The translations under genes were made by a program, and so were the position numbers. Below are positions 7,479 through 16,933 of a stretch of DNA of 22,216 bases, one piece after another. The stretch's first letter is position 1, and every line of letters starts with the position of its first letter. The notes below the pieces were generated by a model. The model saw nothing but the letters and a program-made list of their open reading frames with translations, did no database searches and was not told where the DNA came from. Source of the stretch: a bacterium (GTDB taxonomy: Bacteria; SZUA-182; DTGQ01; JAFGSM01); the NCBI GenBank assembly GCA_049472315.1, contig JBLIRN010000045.1, positions 1 through 22,216 of the forward strand, read 5' to 3'.

Positions 7479-9152
7479 GTGACGGTATGGAACAAGCAAA
7501 CCATCAATCCGGGGAGAATCAGCGGCATGCATCAAATGATTGCTGAATTGAAGGCATTAAGAACCGGGTCGAAGTCCAAACGATTACAGGGAAAGACCCT
7601 CGAAGCACCGGCAATAATTGAGGGAATGCCTGAGGCGATGATAATTTTTGATCTGGATGGGAAGATTCTCCAGGTGAATGGCGAGTTCGAAAGAGGCACG
7701 GGTTGGAAAAGGGAGGAGGCGGTGGGGAAATCACCCCTGGAACTCGGCATCATGTCCAAGGAGGAAGAGCAGCGGGTGGTGAAGGAAATAATACCGAAAT
7801 TGGAACGGGACGGCCTGGTCCGGGACATAGCATTGACAGCGATCCGCAAGGATGGGTCGACATTCCCCATTCTGATGAACTGGATCCTGGTTAAGGAGGA
7901 TCCTGACACGCCGAGCGCCATTATTTCGGTGGCCAGGGATATGACCGAGCAAAAACGTACAGAGGAGGCATTACGGGCATCCGAACAGAGATTCAGGGCC
8001 ATTTTTGATGGCATGGTGGATGGAATACTTCTGGCGGATGTGAAAAACAGAAGGTTTAACAGCGGTAATAATATGATTTGTCGAATGCTCGGCTATGACC
8101 TGAAGGAAATTAAAAGATTGGAGGTCACCGACATCCATCCAAGAGAGGATCTTTCGAATGTTCTGGAGCAATTTGATCGCCAAACAAAGGGCGAGAATCC
8201 GCTTGCAAGGGATGTCCCGGTGAAACGAAAGGACGGGAGCGTTTTTTATGCCGATATCAACTCGGCGCCCATACTATTGGATGGAAAGATGTATCTGATG
8301 GGTGCCTTCAGGGACATTACCGAGCGCAAGATCATGGAAGAGGAACTGCGGGAAACGTATAGACATCTCCGGGAATTACAGGATCAACTTGTCCAGTCCG
8401 AAAAGATGGGTGCCATCGGCAAACTGGCAAGCGGCATTGCCCATGAGTTACGAAATCCCCTGACCATAATCAACCAGAGTATCTATTGCCTGGAAAACAA
8501 ACTGTCCTCCCGGCAAATCGACACGTCGAGGATCCTGGACATGATGAAAGAGAGCATACGAAGGGCGGATAACATTGTGCAGTCCCTTCTGGATTTTTCA
8601 AGGATGACCAATCTCGTGTTGCAGCCTGAGGATATCAATACCATTCTGGAGGATTCCTACCAGTTGGCGAAATATGGACTGAGCTGCGAACAACACATTG
8701 AGCTGATCAAGGAAACGCAACAGGATATGGTAAAGGTCCTGGTTGATGAAAATAGAATAAAGCAGGTCTTTATCAATATCTTTTCAAATGCCATTCAGGC
8801 GATGCCCGAAGGGGGAAGGATTATTATCCGCACCCAAGAGACGCAATTAAAGGAGATAAAGAATGGCGTGGGCAGAAGAAGCGGGGATCATTTCAGACTG
8901 GGGGAAAGGGCGGTAGTCGTTGAAATCGAAGACACCGGCGTGGGAATCTCCGAAGAAAACCTCAAAAAGATCTTTGATCCCTTTTTTACCACCAAGGGCC
9001 CTGGTGAGGGAGTCGGGCTGGGGTTATCGATAATCCGGAACTTGATCGGCATGCACAAGGGCTTGATAGATCTGAAAAGCCAGAAGGGCAAAGGAACCAG
9101 GGTGACCATTACCTTAAAGGCGGCGGAGGAAACAGACGCAGAAAAGGAATAG
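7479..9152 (+). CDS. Cytoplasmic PAS-PAS sensor histidine kinase (NtrB-like)
   Basis: Two PAS/PAC units (RKDGS…RDMTE; RKDGS…RDITERK), H-box AHELRNPL, N-box QVFINIFSNA, G1 EDTGVG, F/G2 FDPFFTTK…GLGL. Start uncertain (GTG 7479, ATG 7527 or ATG 7536). Confidence 0.93.
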   Translation: MTVWNKQTINPGRISGMHQMIAELKALRTGSKSKRLQGKTLEAPAIIEGMPEAMIIFDLDGKILQVNGEFERGTGWKREEAVGKSPLELGIMSKEEEQRVVKEIIPKLERDGLVRDIALTAIRKDGSTFPILMNWILVKEDPDTPSAIISVARDMTEQKRTEEALRASEQRFRAIFDGMVDGILLADVKNRRFNSGNNMICRMLGYDLKEIKRLEVTDIHPREDLSNVLEQFDRQTKGENPLARDVPVKRKDGSVFYADINSAPILLDGKMYLMGAFRDITERKIMEEELRETYRHLRELQDQLVQSEKMGAIGKLASGIAHELRNPLTIINQSIYCLENKLSSRQIDTSRILDMMKESIRRADNIVQSLLDFSRMTNLVLQPEDINTILEDSYQLAKYGLSCEQHIELIKETQQDMVKVLVDENRIKQVFINIFSNAIQAMPEGGRIIIRTQETQLKEIKNGVGRRSGDHFRLGERAVVVEIEDTGVGISEENLKKIFDPFFTTKGPGEGVGLGLSIIRNLIGMHKGLIDLKSQKGKGTRVTITLKAAEETDAEKE

Positions 9153-9201
9153 TGACCGCCCACGACCTGCCTGCTGAACCAACCAGGGGAGTATTCGAGG
9201 A

Positions 9202-9651
9202 TTACTGGAATTCGACCGGCGGCTTTTTCATGTACATGACCATCCGGATGACGTTTCCCTTGTCCGGTACGTACTTTATCTCCACCTCGTCCATCAGGTT
9301 CTGGATCAGGAACAGGCCCCATCCCCTGGTGCGCTTCTGACCGTTTATCTTTTCCTTGATATCGGGCTCGGAGGAGATGTCGTACCGTTCCCCTCCATTG
9401 TCCCATACCTCGATGATCATGGCCTCTTCGCTGGGGGTCATGTTGATTACCACGTGGACGTTTTGGTTCAATTTGTTGCCGTGCTCGATGGCGTTCAGGC
9501 ACGCCTCGGTCACTGCCGTCTTGAGGTCGTCGATCTTGGCGGGGAAAAATTTCATATCCTTGGCGATTGACACGGCGCACCCTGCGGCGATCTTTTCAAA
9601 TCCCAGCTTGCTCGGTATATGTAATTCAATCGGTTCCTTGAGCTTGATCAT
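9202..9651 (-). CDS. Anti-sigma factor Ser/Thr kinase (RsbW/SpoIIAB family)
   Basis: IDDLKTAVTEACLNAIEHGN (N-box), IEVWDNG (G1), RGWGLFLIQNLMDEV (G2), purine-rich SD. Confidence 0.92.
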   Translation of the reverse strand: MIKLKEPIELHIPSKLGFEKIAAGCAVSIAKDMKFFPAKIDDLKTAVTEACLNAIEHGNKLNQNVHVVINMTPSEEAMIIEVWDNGGERYDISSEPDIKEKINGQKRTRGWGLFLIQNLMDEVEIKYVPDKGNVIRMVMYMKKPPVEFQ

Positions 9652-10017
9652 GGCCTCTTCTTCTCCATATCATGATCGTGGGGTATCCCCTTTTCCCTTC
9701 GTTTTTACTCTCCGCTGCACCTGAATGCTACATACATTCATTATTCTTTTCGGCACTTGGAGGGAATTTCCCTTGTATTCCCTTGACGTGATTTTTCTCC
9801 CAAGATCGCGGGATTAAACGCGATTCGCTGGAAAGCCCTTGGAGGATAATGAACAGGCTGCTGAAAAATGCCGATAGTGTGGGTGACCGGCATTTTTATA
9901 CGTGCAAGCAATTCAGGTCCTTATGCCTCGTTTGTGCGGGCGGGGGAACGGGCGTGCCGGGGGCACGCTCATCAGCCTTTTTCGTAAACAAAGTAAACCG
10001 ACAGGGATACGTGAACC

Positions 10018-12711
10018 GTGGCAATAAATGACAAGGAAGGACCCGGGTGGGAGCCCGATTTCAATAAATACCTCTTCCAGACCTCTCCCGCCTTCTTCAT
10101 GTCCATCAGTGCCCAGGGAAAGACCATGTTCATGAGCGATGAGATGCTTCAGTTGCTCGGCTACAACCTGGAGGAGGTGGTGGGCAAGGATTATGTGAAC
10201 ACCTTCGTCCCTGAGGACCAAAGGGAACGGCTCAACGAGATCTTTGATAAGCTGGGGAAATCCCGTAGCCAGGCCTTCGATGAAAATATCCTGATCACCA
10301 AGGACGGGCGTGAGCTGCTGGTGAAATGGCAGTGGTGGTCGGTGTTCAGCAAGAAGAGCGAATTCGATTTCTATTTCGGGGTGGGAAGCGACATCACCGG
10401 ATTTATCCGATCGGAAGCGGTGGCGCGAGGCAACGACTCCCCCTACCCCATGCTCGCCGAGAACGCAATGGACATCGTCTGGACCGTGGACATCGACCTG
10501 CGCTTTACCTATATCAGTCATTCCATAACCGAATGTTTGGGATACAGCGTCCAGGAGATGCTGGGCTATCCCCTGGAAAAGGTCCTCACCCCGGCCTCAC
10601 TGAAGGTGGTGAAAAAGGCCCTCTCCGAAGAGCTTATCTTAGAATTCAATGATAAAAAGGGGAGCTACAAGACGCGGAGCCTGGAACTCGAGCTGAGGCA
10701 CAGGGACGGTTTTACGCTGTTGACCGAGAATACATTGAAATTCCTGCACGATGTGAACGGGAGACCGATCGGCATCCTGATCGTCACCCGCGACATCAAG
10801 GAACGCAGGCGCAAGGAGGAAGAGCTTCGGGATAAGGTCATCCAGACCCTCTTCGACGGTGCGCCGAATCCCATCTTTGTCACGGATGAGGCAGGAAGGT
10901 ACCTGGATGCCAACAGGGCGGGCCTTGCCTTCCTGGAGTGTGACAAGGAATCCCTGCAGGTAAAAGGGGTAAGGGATTTCACCCCTGACTTTTTAAAGGA
11001 GGTCCTCTGCCCGGGGGACACCTCCATACCTTTGAGAGGCCGGACCTTTGAGAGCGATTTCCGGGTAAACGGTGATACCAAGACGCTCCTTCTGAGTGTG
11101 GTCCCGTTTCACCTTTCGGACCGGTCGATCCTCTTCTGGATCGGGCAGGACATCACCTCCCGCAAGCAAGCGGAGGAGGCCCTGCGGGAGAGCGAGGAAA
11201 AATATCGGCTGCTCATCGAGTACCAGACCGATCTGGTGGTGAAGATGGATGCCAAGGGGCGGTTCCTGTTCGTGAGCCCCTCTTACTGCAGGCTGTTCGG
11301 TAAAAAGGAGAAGGACCTGCTCGGGGAATCCTTTTTGAACCTCGTGTGCAAGGAGGACCGGGCGGAAACGGCAAAGGCCATGAAAAGGCTTAATACCCCT
11401 CCCCATACCTGCTTTATAGAGCACCGCGTTCTCATACGCGACAAGCAGCGGTACATCGCTTGGCACCTCAAGGGCATTAAGGGAGAGCGGGGAAAGGTGG
11501 AAACCATCGTGGGCGGCGGCAGGGACATCAGCAAACGAAAGAAGGCCGAGGAGGAGAAGGAGAGTATCCAGGCGCAGCTCCTGCAGGCCCAGAAGATGGA
11601 GGCCATCGGCACGCTGGCCGGAGGCATTGCCCACGATTTCAATAATCTCATTACGGTCATCAAGGGGCACTCGGAGCTCCTGTTGAGAAAGATCAGTGCC
11701 GACGATGATCTCCAGAGGGAGCATGTGGAGGAGGTGGCCAAGGCCGCGTCCAGCGCCGCCATGCTCACCAGCCAACTGCTCACCTTCAGCCGACGGCATA
11801 TGTTTCAGCCCATCCTCATGGACATCAATGCCCTGATCGAGGACCTGGATAAGATGACCTGCCGCCTGATCGGCGAGGACATACGATTGAAGACCATAAT
11901 CGGTGAAGACATCGGGTTCGTGAGGGCGGATCCCACCCAGATAACGCAGGTCGTCATGAACCTGGCCGTGAATGCCCGGGACAGCATGCCCGAGGGAGGC
12001 GACCTCACGATCAAGACCGAGTCCCTCACCCTGAAAGGGAAACAGCAAAAGGTCGCCTCGGGCCGGAAGAACAACCAGTTCGTCTGCCTTTCGGTAGAGG
12101 ATACGGGGACAGGGATTGACCGGGAGACCCTCCCCCATATCTTCGAGCCCTTCTTCACCACGAAGAGGCCCGGAGAGGGAACGGGACTGGGGCTTTCGGT
12201 GGTATACGGGATCATAAAACAGCACGGGGGATGGATCGATATACAGAGCGAGGTGGGAAAGGGTACGGTATTCAAGGTGTATCTTCCTCGTATCTCCCTG
12301 AAAAGGGGGCCCAGGGCCAGGAAAGGGGCAACCGCCGCCAAGGGCAGGGGCGAGCGTATCCTTCTGGTCGAGGATGAGCGGGCGGTGCGCAGATATATCA
12401 AGGAGGCCCTCCAGGAAAACGGCTATGAGATCATCGATGCATCCACCGCAAAAGAGGCGATCGACATCTTTGAACGGGAGGGCGGCAATTTCGATCTCGT
12501 CCTGAGTGACGTGGTGCTCCCGGAGATAAACGGGATCAACCTTGTGGAGCAATTCCTGCAACTCAAACCCAATCTGAAGGTCCTTCTTACCAGCGGGTAC
12601 ATGGACCGTAAGTCACAGTGGCCGGTCATCAAGGAGCGGGGGTATACCTTCCTGCAAAAGCCCTTTGACCAGCCCGATCTGTTCAAGGCGGTCAGAAAGG
12701 CCCTGTCGTAG
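10018..12711 (+). CDS. Hybrid sensor kinase: 4 PAS domains, HisKA, HATPase, receiver (CckA-like architecture)
   Basis: Four PAS/PAC units ending SDIT, RDIKE, QDITS and RDISK; QAQKMEAIGTLAGGIAHDFNN; NLAVNARD; FEPFFTTK…GTGLGL; receiver ILLVEDE…LSDVVLP…TSGY…QKPF. No TM helices seen. Confidence 0.95.
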   Translation: MAINDKEGPGWEPDFNKYLFQTSPAFFMSISAQGKTMFMSDEMLQLLGYNLEEVVGKDYVNTFVPEDQRERLNEIFDKLGKSRSQAFDENILITKDGRELLVKWQWWSVFSKKSEFDFYFGVGSDITGFIRSEAVARGNDSPYPMLAENAMDIVWTVDIDLRFTYISHSITECLGYSVQEMLGYPLEKVLTPASLKVVKKALSEELILEFNDKKGSYKTRSLELELRHRDGFTLLTENTLKFLHDVNGRPIGILIVTRDIKERRRKEEELRDKVIQTLFDGAPNPIFVTDEAGRYLDANRAGLAFLECDKESLQVKGVRDFTPDFLKEVLCPGDTSIPLRGRTFESDFRVNGDTKTLLLSVVPFHLSDRSILFWIGQDITSRKQAEEALRESEEKYRLLIEYQTDLVVKMDAKGRFLFVSPSYCRLFGKKEKDLLGESFLNLVCKEDRAETAKAMKRLNTPPHTCFIEHRVLIRDKQRYIAWHLKGIKGERGKVETIVGGGRDISKRKKAEEEKESIQAQLLQAQKMEAIGTLAGGIAHDFNNLITVIKGHSELLLRKISADDDLQREHVEEVAKAASSAAMLTSQLLTFSRRHMFQPILMDINALIEDLDKMTCRLIGEDIRLKTIIGEDIGFVRADPTQITQVVMNLAVNARDSMPEGGDLTIKTESLTLKGKQQKVASGRKNNQFVCLSVEDTGTGIDRETLPHIFEPFFTTKRPGEGTGLGLSVVYGIIKQHGGWIDIQSEVGKGTVFKVYLPRISLKRGPRARKGATAAKGRGERILLVEDERAVRRYIKEALQENGYEIIDASTAKEAIDIFEREGGNFDLVLSDVVLPEINGINLVEQFLQLKPNLKVLLTSGYMDRKSQWPVIKERGYTFLQKPFDQPDLFKAVRKALS

Positions 12712-12745
12712 TTAGTCATTCCCTTTTACCCTTCGACCCCAGATC

Positions 12746-12920
12746 GTGGGCAGGCATATTTACTCCGCTAGACGGGAAGGCTTTTTTAATTTTCTAAGGC
12801 TTGCTCCGCTACATTGCGCAAACTCGCTTCGCTCGGACATGCGCAATGTTATACGCTCCGCTTCGCCAAGAAAATTTAGAAAAAGCCTCCCTATATCGCT
12901 CCGTAAACATGCCCGCCCAC
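12746..12920. repeat. Long imperfect palindrome (structured element A, 175 bp)
   Basis: Nested arms: GTGGGCAGGCATATTTAC/GTAAACATGCCCGCCCAC; GGGAAGGCTTTTTTAATTTTCT/AGAAAATTTAGAAAAAGCCTCCC; ACATTGCGCA/TGCGCAATGT. Apex AACTCGCTTCGCTCGGACA (12821-12839). Confidence 0.85.
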
Positions 12921-13028
12921 AACAATGCGGAAGCGCATTCCCTTTCGCTGGTCTATGCCTCGGTGATATACTGATCATGCGTTCCTTTATGTCGGTTATT
13001 GAAACTGAATGACACCTCGTGGCTGATG

Positions 13029-13198
13029 GGGAAGGGGGGTGCGTCTGTGTGCCTGCGGACGAGCACTACAGCCTGTGGGCGAAGCTGAGGAAAAGCACGC
13101 CGCCTGTTCGAGCCCGAAGGGCGAGTTGAGGCGTGCCCGAAGCGAGCCATACAGGCTGTGTGCAAGGGAGCCGAAACAAAAGACGCACCCCCCTTCCC
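13029..13198. repeat. Long imperfect palindrome (structured element B, 170 bp), homologous to A in opposite orientation
   Basis: Perfect 18-bp outer arms GGGAAGGGGGGTGCGTCT/AGACGCACCCCCCTTCCC; inner arms ACAGCCTGT/ACAGGCTGT and GCACGCC/GGCGTGC. Apex TGTTCGAGCCCGAAGGGCGAGTT (13105-13127). Confidence 0.85.
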
Positions 13199-13295
13199 GC
13201 ACAATATTGAAGAATTGCCCATTACCATTCCACGGACACAGCCGCCACCGGGGGGCAATTGCGATCCGTGCAAAGGATACGGGTCTGGAGCGGCG

Positions 13296-14117
13296 ATGAT
13301 CAGGATCGGCACATCAGGGTTTTCATTTGAGGATTGGCGCGGCACCATCTACCCCGACAATCTTCCCTCCCGGGATAATCTTGTCTATTACCAGGAGCAT
13401 CTGGGATTTGATTGCGTGGAGATAAACGCCACCTATTACACCCTCCTGTCCGACCGGTCCTTTGCCGGTATGGAGGGCAAGACCGGACCGGGATTTGAAT
13501 TCGTGGTCAAGGGTTTCAGGGGGATCACCCATGATCCCTTCGACAAGCGGCTCGCTGAACGACAGCCCGGGCAGGGGGCGGCAGTGGAGAACATGGAGAG
13601 ATTCATCTATTCCCTTCGCCCCCTCAAGGAAAAGAACAAACTGGGGGCCGTGTTGTTGCAGTTTCCCGTGTTCTTCTATCCGGCGAAACAATCGGCCGAA
13701 TACCTGCTCCTGTGCCGGGAAAGGTTCGGGGACATACCCCTGGTCATCGAATTTCGCAACCGCGCCTGGGCACGGCAGGAGACCTTCGCCTTCCTGAGGG
13801 CGCACCATCTCGCCTATTGCGCGGTGGACGAACCGCGGCTTCCCCGGTTGATGCCCTTCCTCAACGAGGTGACCTCCGATATCGGCTATGTCCGGTTTCA
13901 CGGAAGAAATCCCAACTGGTTCAATGCACCGGTTGCGGAACGGTACAACTACCTCTATTCCGACGAGGAACTTGCGGCATTCCTCCCCGAAATAGAACGG
14001 ATGCAGAAAAAGGCGCGAAAGACCTATGTCTTTTTTAACAACTGCCATGCGGGATTTGCCGTGAAAAACGCACTTGCCCTTTTGAAGCTGCTCGGCACAG
14101 AGAAGGGGGAGGAATAG
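13296..14117 (+). CDS. DUF72 (YecE/UPF0759) family protein
   Basis: MIRIGTSGFSFEDW, VEINATYY, LGAVLLQFP, IEFRN, YVRFHGRN, YLYSDEEL, YVFFNN. GGAG SD before ATG 13296. Confidence 0.93.
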   Translation: MIRIGTSGFSFEDWRGTIYPDNLPSRDNLVYYQEHLGFDCVEINATYYTLLSDRSFAGMEGKTGPGFEFVVKGFRGITHDPFDKRLAERQPGQGAAVENMERFIYSLRPLKEKNKLGAVLLQFPVFFYPAKQSAEYLLLCRERFGDIPLVIEFRNRAWARQETFAFLRAHHLAYCAVDEPRLPRLMPFLNEVTSDIGYVRFHGRNPNWFNAPVAERYNYLYSDEELAAFLPEIERMQKKARKTYVFFNNCHAGFAVKNALALLKLLGTEKGEE

Positions 14118-14516
14118 ACGCTGCGGTCGTAATTGCTCGCCATGGTGCGCGAAAGGGCCTTCCCGTTTGTTCTTGGAAATAAAAAGACCATCTTTTCACC
14201 GGTTTGTCTCAAACGAAAGGGCAGGAGGTATGCGAGAGGAAAGGGGGGACGCCGGTGCAGGTAGAGTGCAATTGATTAAAAAATGAACATTCCCTCATCG
14301 CAGGCCACCCGGTCCTTATCGCCCCCGTGCATTGGCGTGTTCCTTTATTGTATGGGCAGAACGCCCTTTCGTGTTTTTTTGTCGTCACCATCCTCACAAA
14401 TATCTGTTTAAGAAAAACGCCCTGCTGTTGAATAACTGATGTCAGCGAACGATGCCTGTCGTGTGGTTTCGCAATAAAAATCATTAAAAACAAGAAATTA
14501 ACAATAATCGCGTGCG

Positions 14517-14532
14517 TGGCACGAACATTGCT
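14517..14532 (+). promoter_or_regulatory. Sigma54 (-24/-12) promoter
   Basis: TGGCACGAACATTGCT matches TGGCACG-N4-TTGCW exactly. It is preceded by an AT-rich tract and lies upstream of the receiver and NtrC-family genes. Confidence 0.85.
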
Positions 14533-14658
14533 TTATACAGTGCGGTGTTGTTTTCAGTGATGGGAGAACCCGTCATCCGGAAGGAGTGTTTGTGGGATGG
14601 TGGGGAAGGGCAGGGCACGGAAAAAAAGAACCACTCACTGGATGAAAGGGGGGGCACC

Positions 14659-15078
14659 GTGGGCGATAACCAGACAAACGAGGTTGATAAAAAACAATAC
14701 GATGTGCTGGTGGTCGACGACGAGGCATCCGTGAGACGTCTTATCGAATGCCTTCTGAAGGAAGTGCAATACAACACCCATCATGCACGAAGCGGGGATG
14801 AGGCCCTGGAAATCCTCAAAAAGACCAGCGTTGATCTGATCATCCTGGATCTGCTGCTCCCCGGACAGCACGGGCTCAATCTCTGCTCCAAGATTCGCGA
14901 AATAGACAGGGTTCGCAATACACCCATCCTGGTGATCACCGCGGTCTACACCAAGTCCAAGTACTGCTACAAATCCAAGGAATGCGGGGCCAATGGATTC
15001 ATGACCAAGCCCTTCGATGTGGATGCCTTCATGAACGAGGTCAACCGGTTGATGAAGATAGAGAAGGCCCCGAACTGA
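14659..15078 (+). CDS. Single-domain response regulator (receiver only)
   Basis: VLVVDDE, LIILDLLLP (phospho-Asp), VITA, TKPF. Start reassigned to GTG 14659 (AAAGGGGGG SD) because the longer ORF start overlaps the sigma54 promoter. Confidence 0.9.
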   Translation: MGDNQTNEVDKKQYDVLVVDDEASVRRLIECLLKEVQYNTHHARSGDEALEILKKTSVDLIILDLLLPGQHGLNLCSKIREIDRVRNTPILVITAVYTKSKYCYKSKECGANGFMTKPFDVDAFMNEVNRLMKIEKAPN

Positions 15079-15307
15079 TCCCTGACCCCGGAGGGAATGC
15101 GTGTTTTCGAAATAGATCCCTGCGCCGCCCTCCCTTTGTCTGAAGAGGCACGCCCTCCCGGCATTGCCGTTTTAAGCCCTTTGCCTTGCAGGTCAAGGGT
15201 ATTCGAGGTTACGGACCCGCTCCCCCAGTGCATGAAAAATCCCAAAGTACCGATAGTAAAGATAGCAAAAATGCAGGAATCGCCGTGAATTTGACCAGGC
15301 CTTCATT

Positions 15308-16690
15308 ATGGATCGGAACATAAGACTACTGTTTGTCGACGATGAGATGATCATCTGCGATCTCTTCTGCTCTGTCATGACAGACGAAGAGGGATATGCC
15401 GTGGAGACCGCGCTGAGCGGTGAAGAGGCACTTCATAAACTGGAAAGCTATCCCGCGGATGTCCTGATCACCGATGTGAAGATGCCTGCCATGGATGGCC
15501 TGGAACTTCTCAGGAAGGTAAAGATTGCACACCCCGACATTCCCGTGCTGATCGCCACGGCATACGGATCGATCGAGAATGCCGTACAGGCAATGAGGAT
15601 GGGTGCCTTCGACTACATCATGAAGCCCATCGATTTCAACCTGCTCCGCACGACCATCGAACGGGCCATGAGCCAGGAGAAAACAACCGCCGGGAGGACT
15701 GCGAGTCCCAGGAAGGAAGGTCAACGCCACCAGTTTGAGCGGATCATCGGCCAGGATGAAAAGATGCTCAAGATCTACGATACCATCAAACAGGTGTCCC
15801 AGACAAAGGTTTCCATCCTCATCACCGGAGAGAGCGGCACCGGCAAGGAGCTGATTGCGGAGGCCATCCACTTCAGGAGCCCCAGGAAGGGGAAACCCAT
15901 CATCAAGCTCAATTGCGCCGCCCTTACCGAGGGGCTCATCAACAGTGAGCTGTTCGGCCATGAGAAGGGTTCATTCACCGGGGCGATTGCCACCAAGAAG
16001 GGGAGCTTCGAGCTTGCCGACGGAGGGTCCATATTCCTGGATGAGATCGGTGATATGCCCGTTTCAACGCAGATCTCCCTGTTGCGGATCCTGGAGACGG
16101 GAAAGTTCGTCCGTGTCGGCGGGACCGAGACCATCGAGGTGGATACCAGGGTCATCTGTGCGACCAACAAGGACCTGTGCAGCTCAATAACGAACAAACA
16201 GTTTCGGGAGGACCTCTACTATCGTATCAATGTGGTATCGATTCACGTGCCCTCCCTGCGCGAGCGGAAATCGGACATCCCTGTGCTGACCTGGTATTTT
16301 CTCAAGCGATACTGTGATGAATTAAAAAAGGAGATAACGGGATTCTCCAAATCGGCGTTGAATATCCTGACCGAATACAACTGGCCCGGAAATGTGCGGG
16401 AGCTCGCCAACGTGATCAAGAGTGCCGTTGTTTTCTGCAAGGGCAAGAAGATCGACGAGTGCGTGTTGCCCGATCACATCAAGGACTCCTCACAGACCCC
16501 CTATACCTTCAATCTGCCCTCCCGCTCGCTTCCCGCTGTTGAGTCCGCCCTGATTCAAATGGTGCTCCAGGAAAAAAAGTGGAACCTGAACAAGGCGGCC
16601 AAGGAGCTCAACATTGCACGAGGGACCCTGTACGGCAAGATGAAAAAGTACGGGATCTCCAAGGCGGTAGACACCAAGACCCCGAAATAG
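15308..16690 (+). CDS. Sigma54-dependent response regulator (NtrC/AtoC family: REC, AAA+, Fis-type HTH)
   Basis: LFVDDE…ITDVKMP; GESGTGKE; ELFGHEKGSFTGA; FLDEIG; FREDLYYR; WPGNVREL; AAKELNIARGTLYGKMKKYGI. Confidence 0.97.
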   Translation: MDRNIRLLFVDDEMIICDLFCSVMTDEEGYAVETALSGEEALHKLESYPADVLITDVKMPAMDGLELLRKVKIAHPDIPVLIATAYGSIENAVQAMRMGAFDYIMKPIDFNLLRTTIERAMSQEKTTAGRTASPRKEGQRHQFERIIGQDEKMLKIYDTIKQVSQTKVSILITGESGTGKELIAEAIHFRSPRKGKPIIKLNCAALTEGLINSELFGHEKGSFTGAIATKKGSFELADGGSIFLDEIGDMPVSTQISLLRILETGKFVRVGGTETIEVDTRVICATNKDLCSSITNKQFREDLYYRINVVSIHVPSLRERKSDIPVLTWYFLKRYCDELKKEITGFSKSALNILTEYNWPGNVRELANVIKSAVVFCKGKKIDECVLPDHIKDSSQTPYTFNLPSRSLPAVESALIQMVLQEKKWNLNKAAKELNIARGTLYGKMKKYGISKAVDTKTPK

Positions 16691-16933
16691 GAAATTATGG
16701 GGCGATTATGTGTGAACAGGGGCTGGGCACGGATACCGCCCGCTGGGAAGACCACCCTGAATCATGCGGCGTGCAGGCATTGTCTCGCCGGTACAGATTG
16801 ATTTGACGGGAGAAACCGAAAATTAATTAGGATACGGTGCCTGTATTGATCGAGAATGCGGATCTTGTCGAAACAGGGTGCTGCCGCCTGTGCAATTCCC
16901 GGGTAAGCACCTCAGGCTAAAGGAATCGCGGCT

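Noticed and set aside
9854..9868. ACAGGCTGCTGAAAA, resembling an IS/MITE terminal repeat
   Set aside because: No matching inverted end or transposase remnant seen; too short to call.
10993..12561. 522-aa minus-strand ORF, and similar long antisense ORFs at 13323-14048, 15326-15961, 17555-18475 and 19183-20490
   Set aside because: Codon-bias shadows opposite clearly identified genes.
12746..13348. Short ORFs across the hairpin elements and the N-terminal extension of DUF72 to 13158
   Set aside because: They overlap palindromic non-coding structure. DUF72 family similarity starts at ATG 13296, which has an SD.
16725..16739. Possible sigma54 promoter upstream of lnt (GGGCACGGATACCGC)
   Set aside because: GG-N10-GC spacing is right but the -12 element (CCGC) is poor; likely chance.
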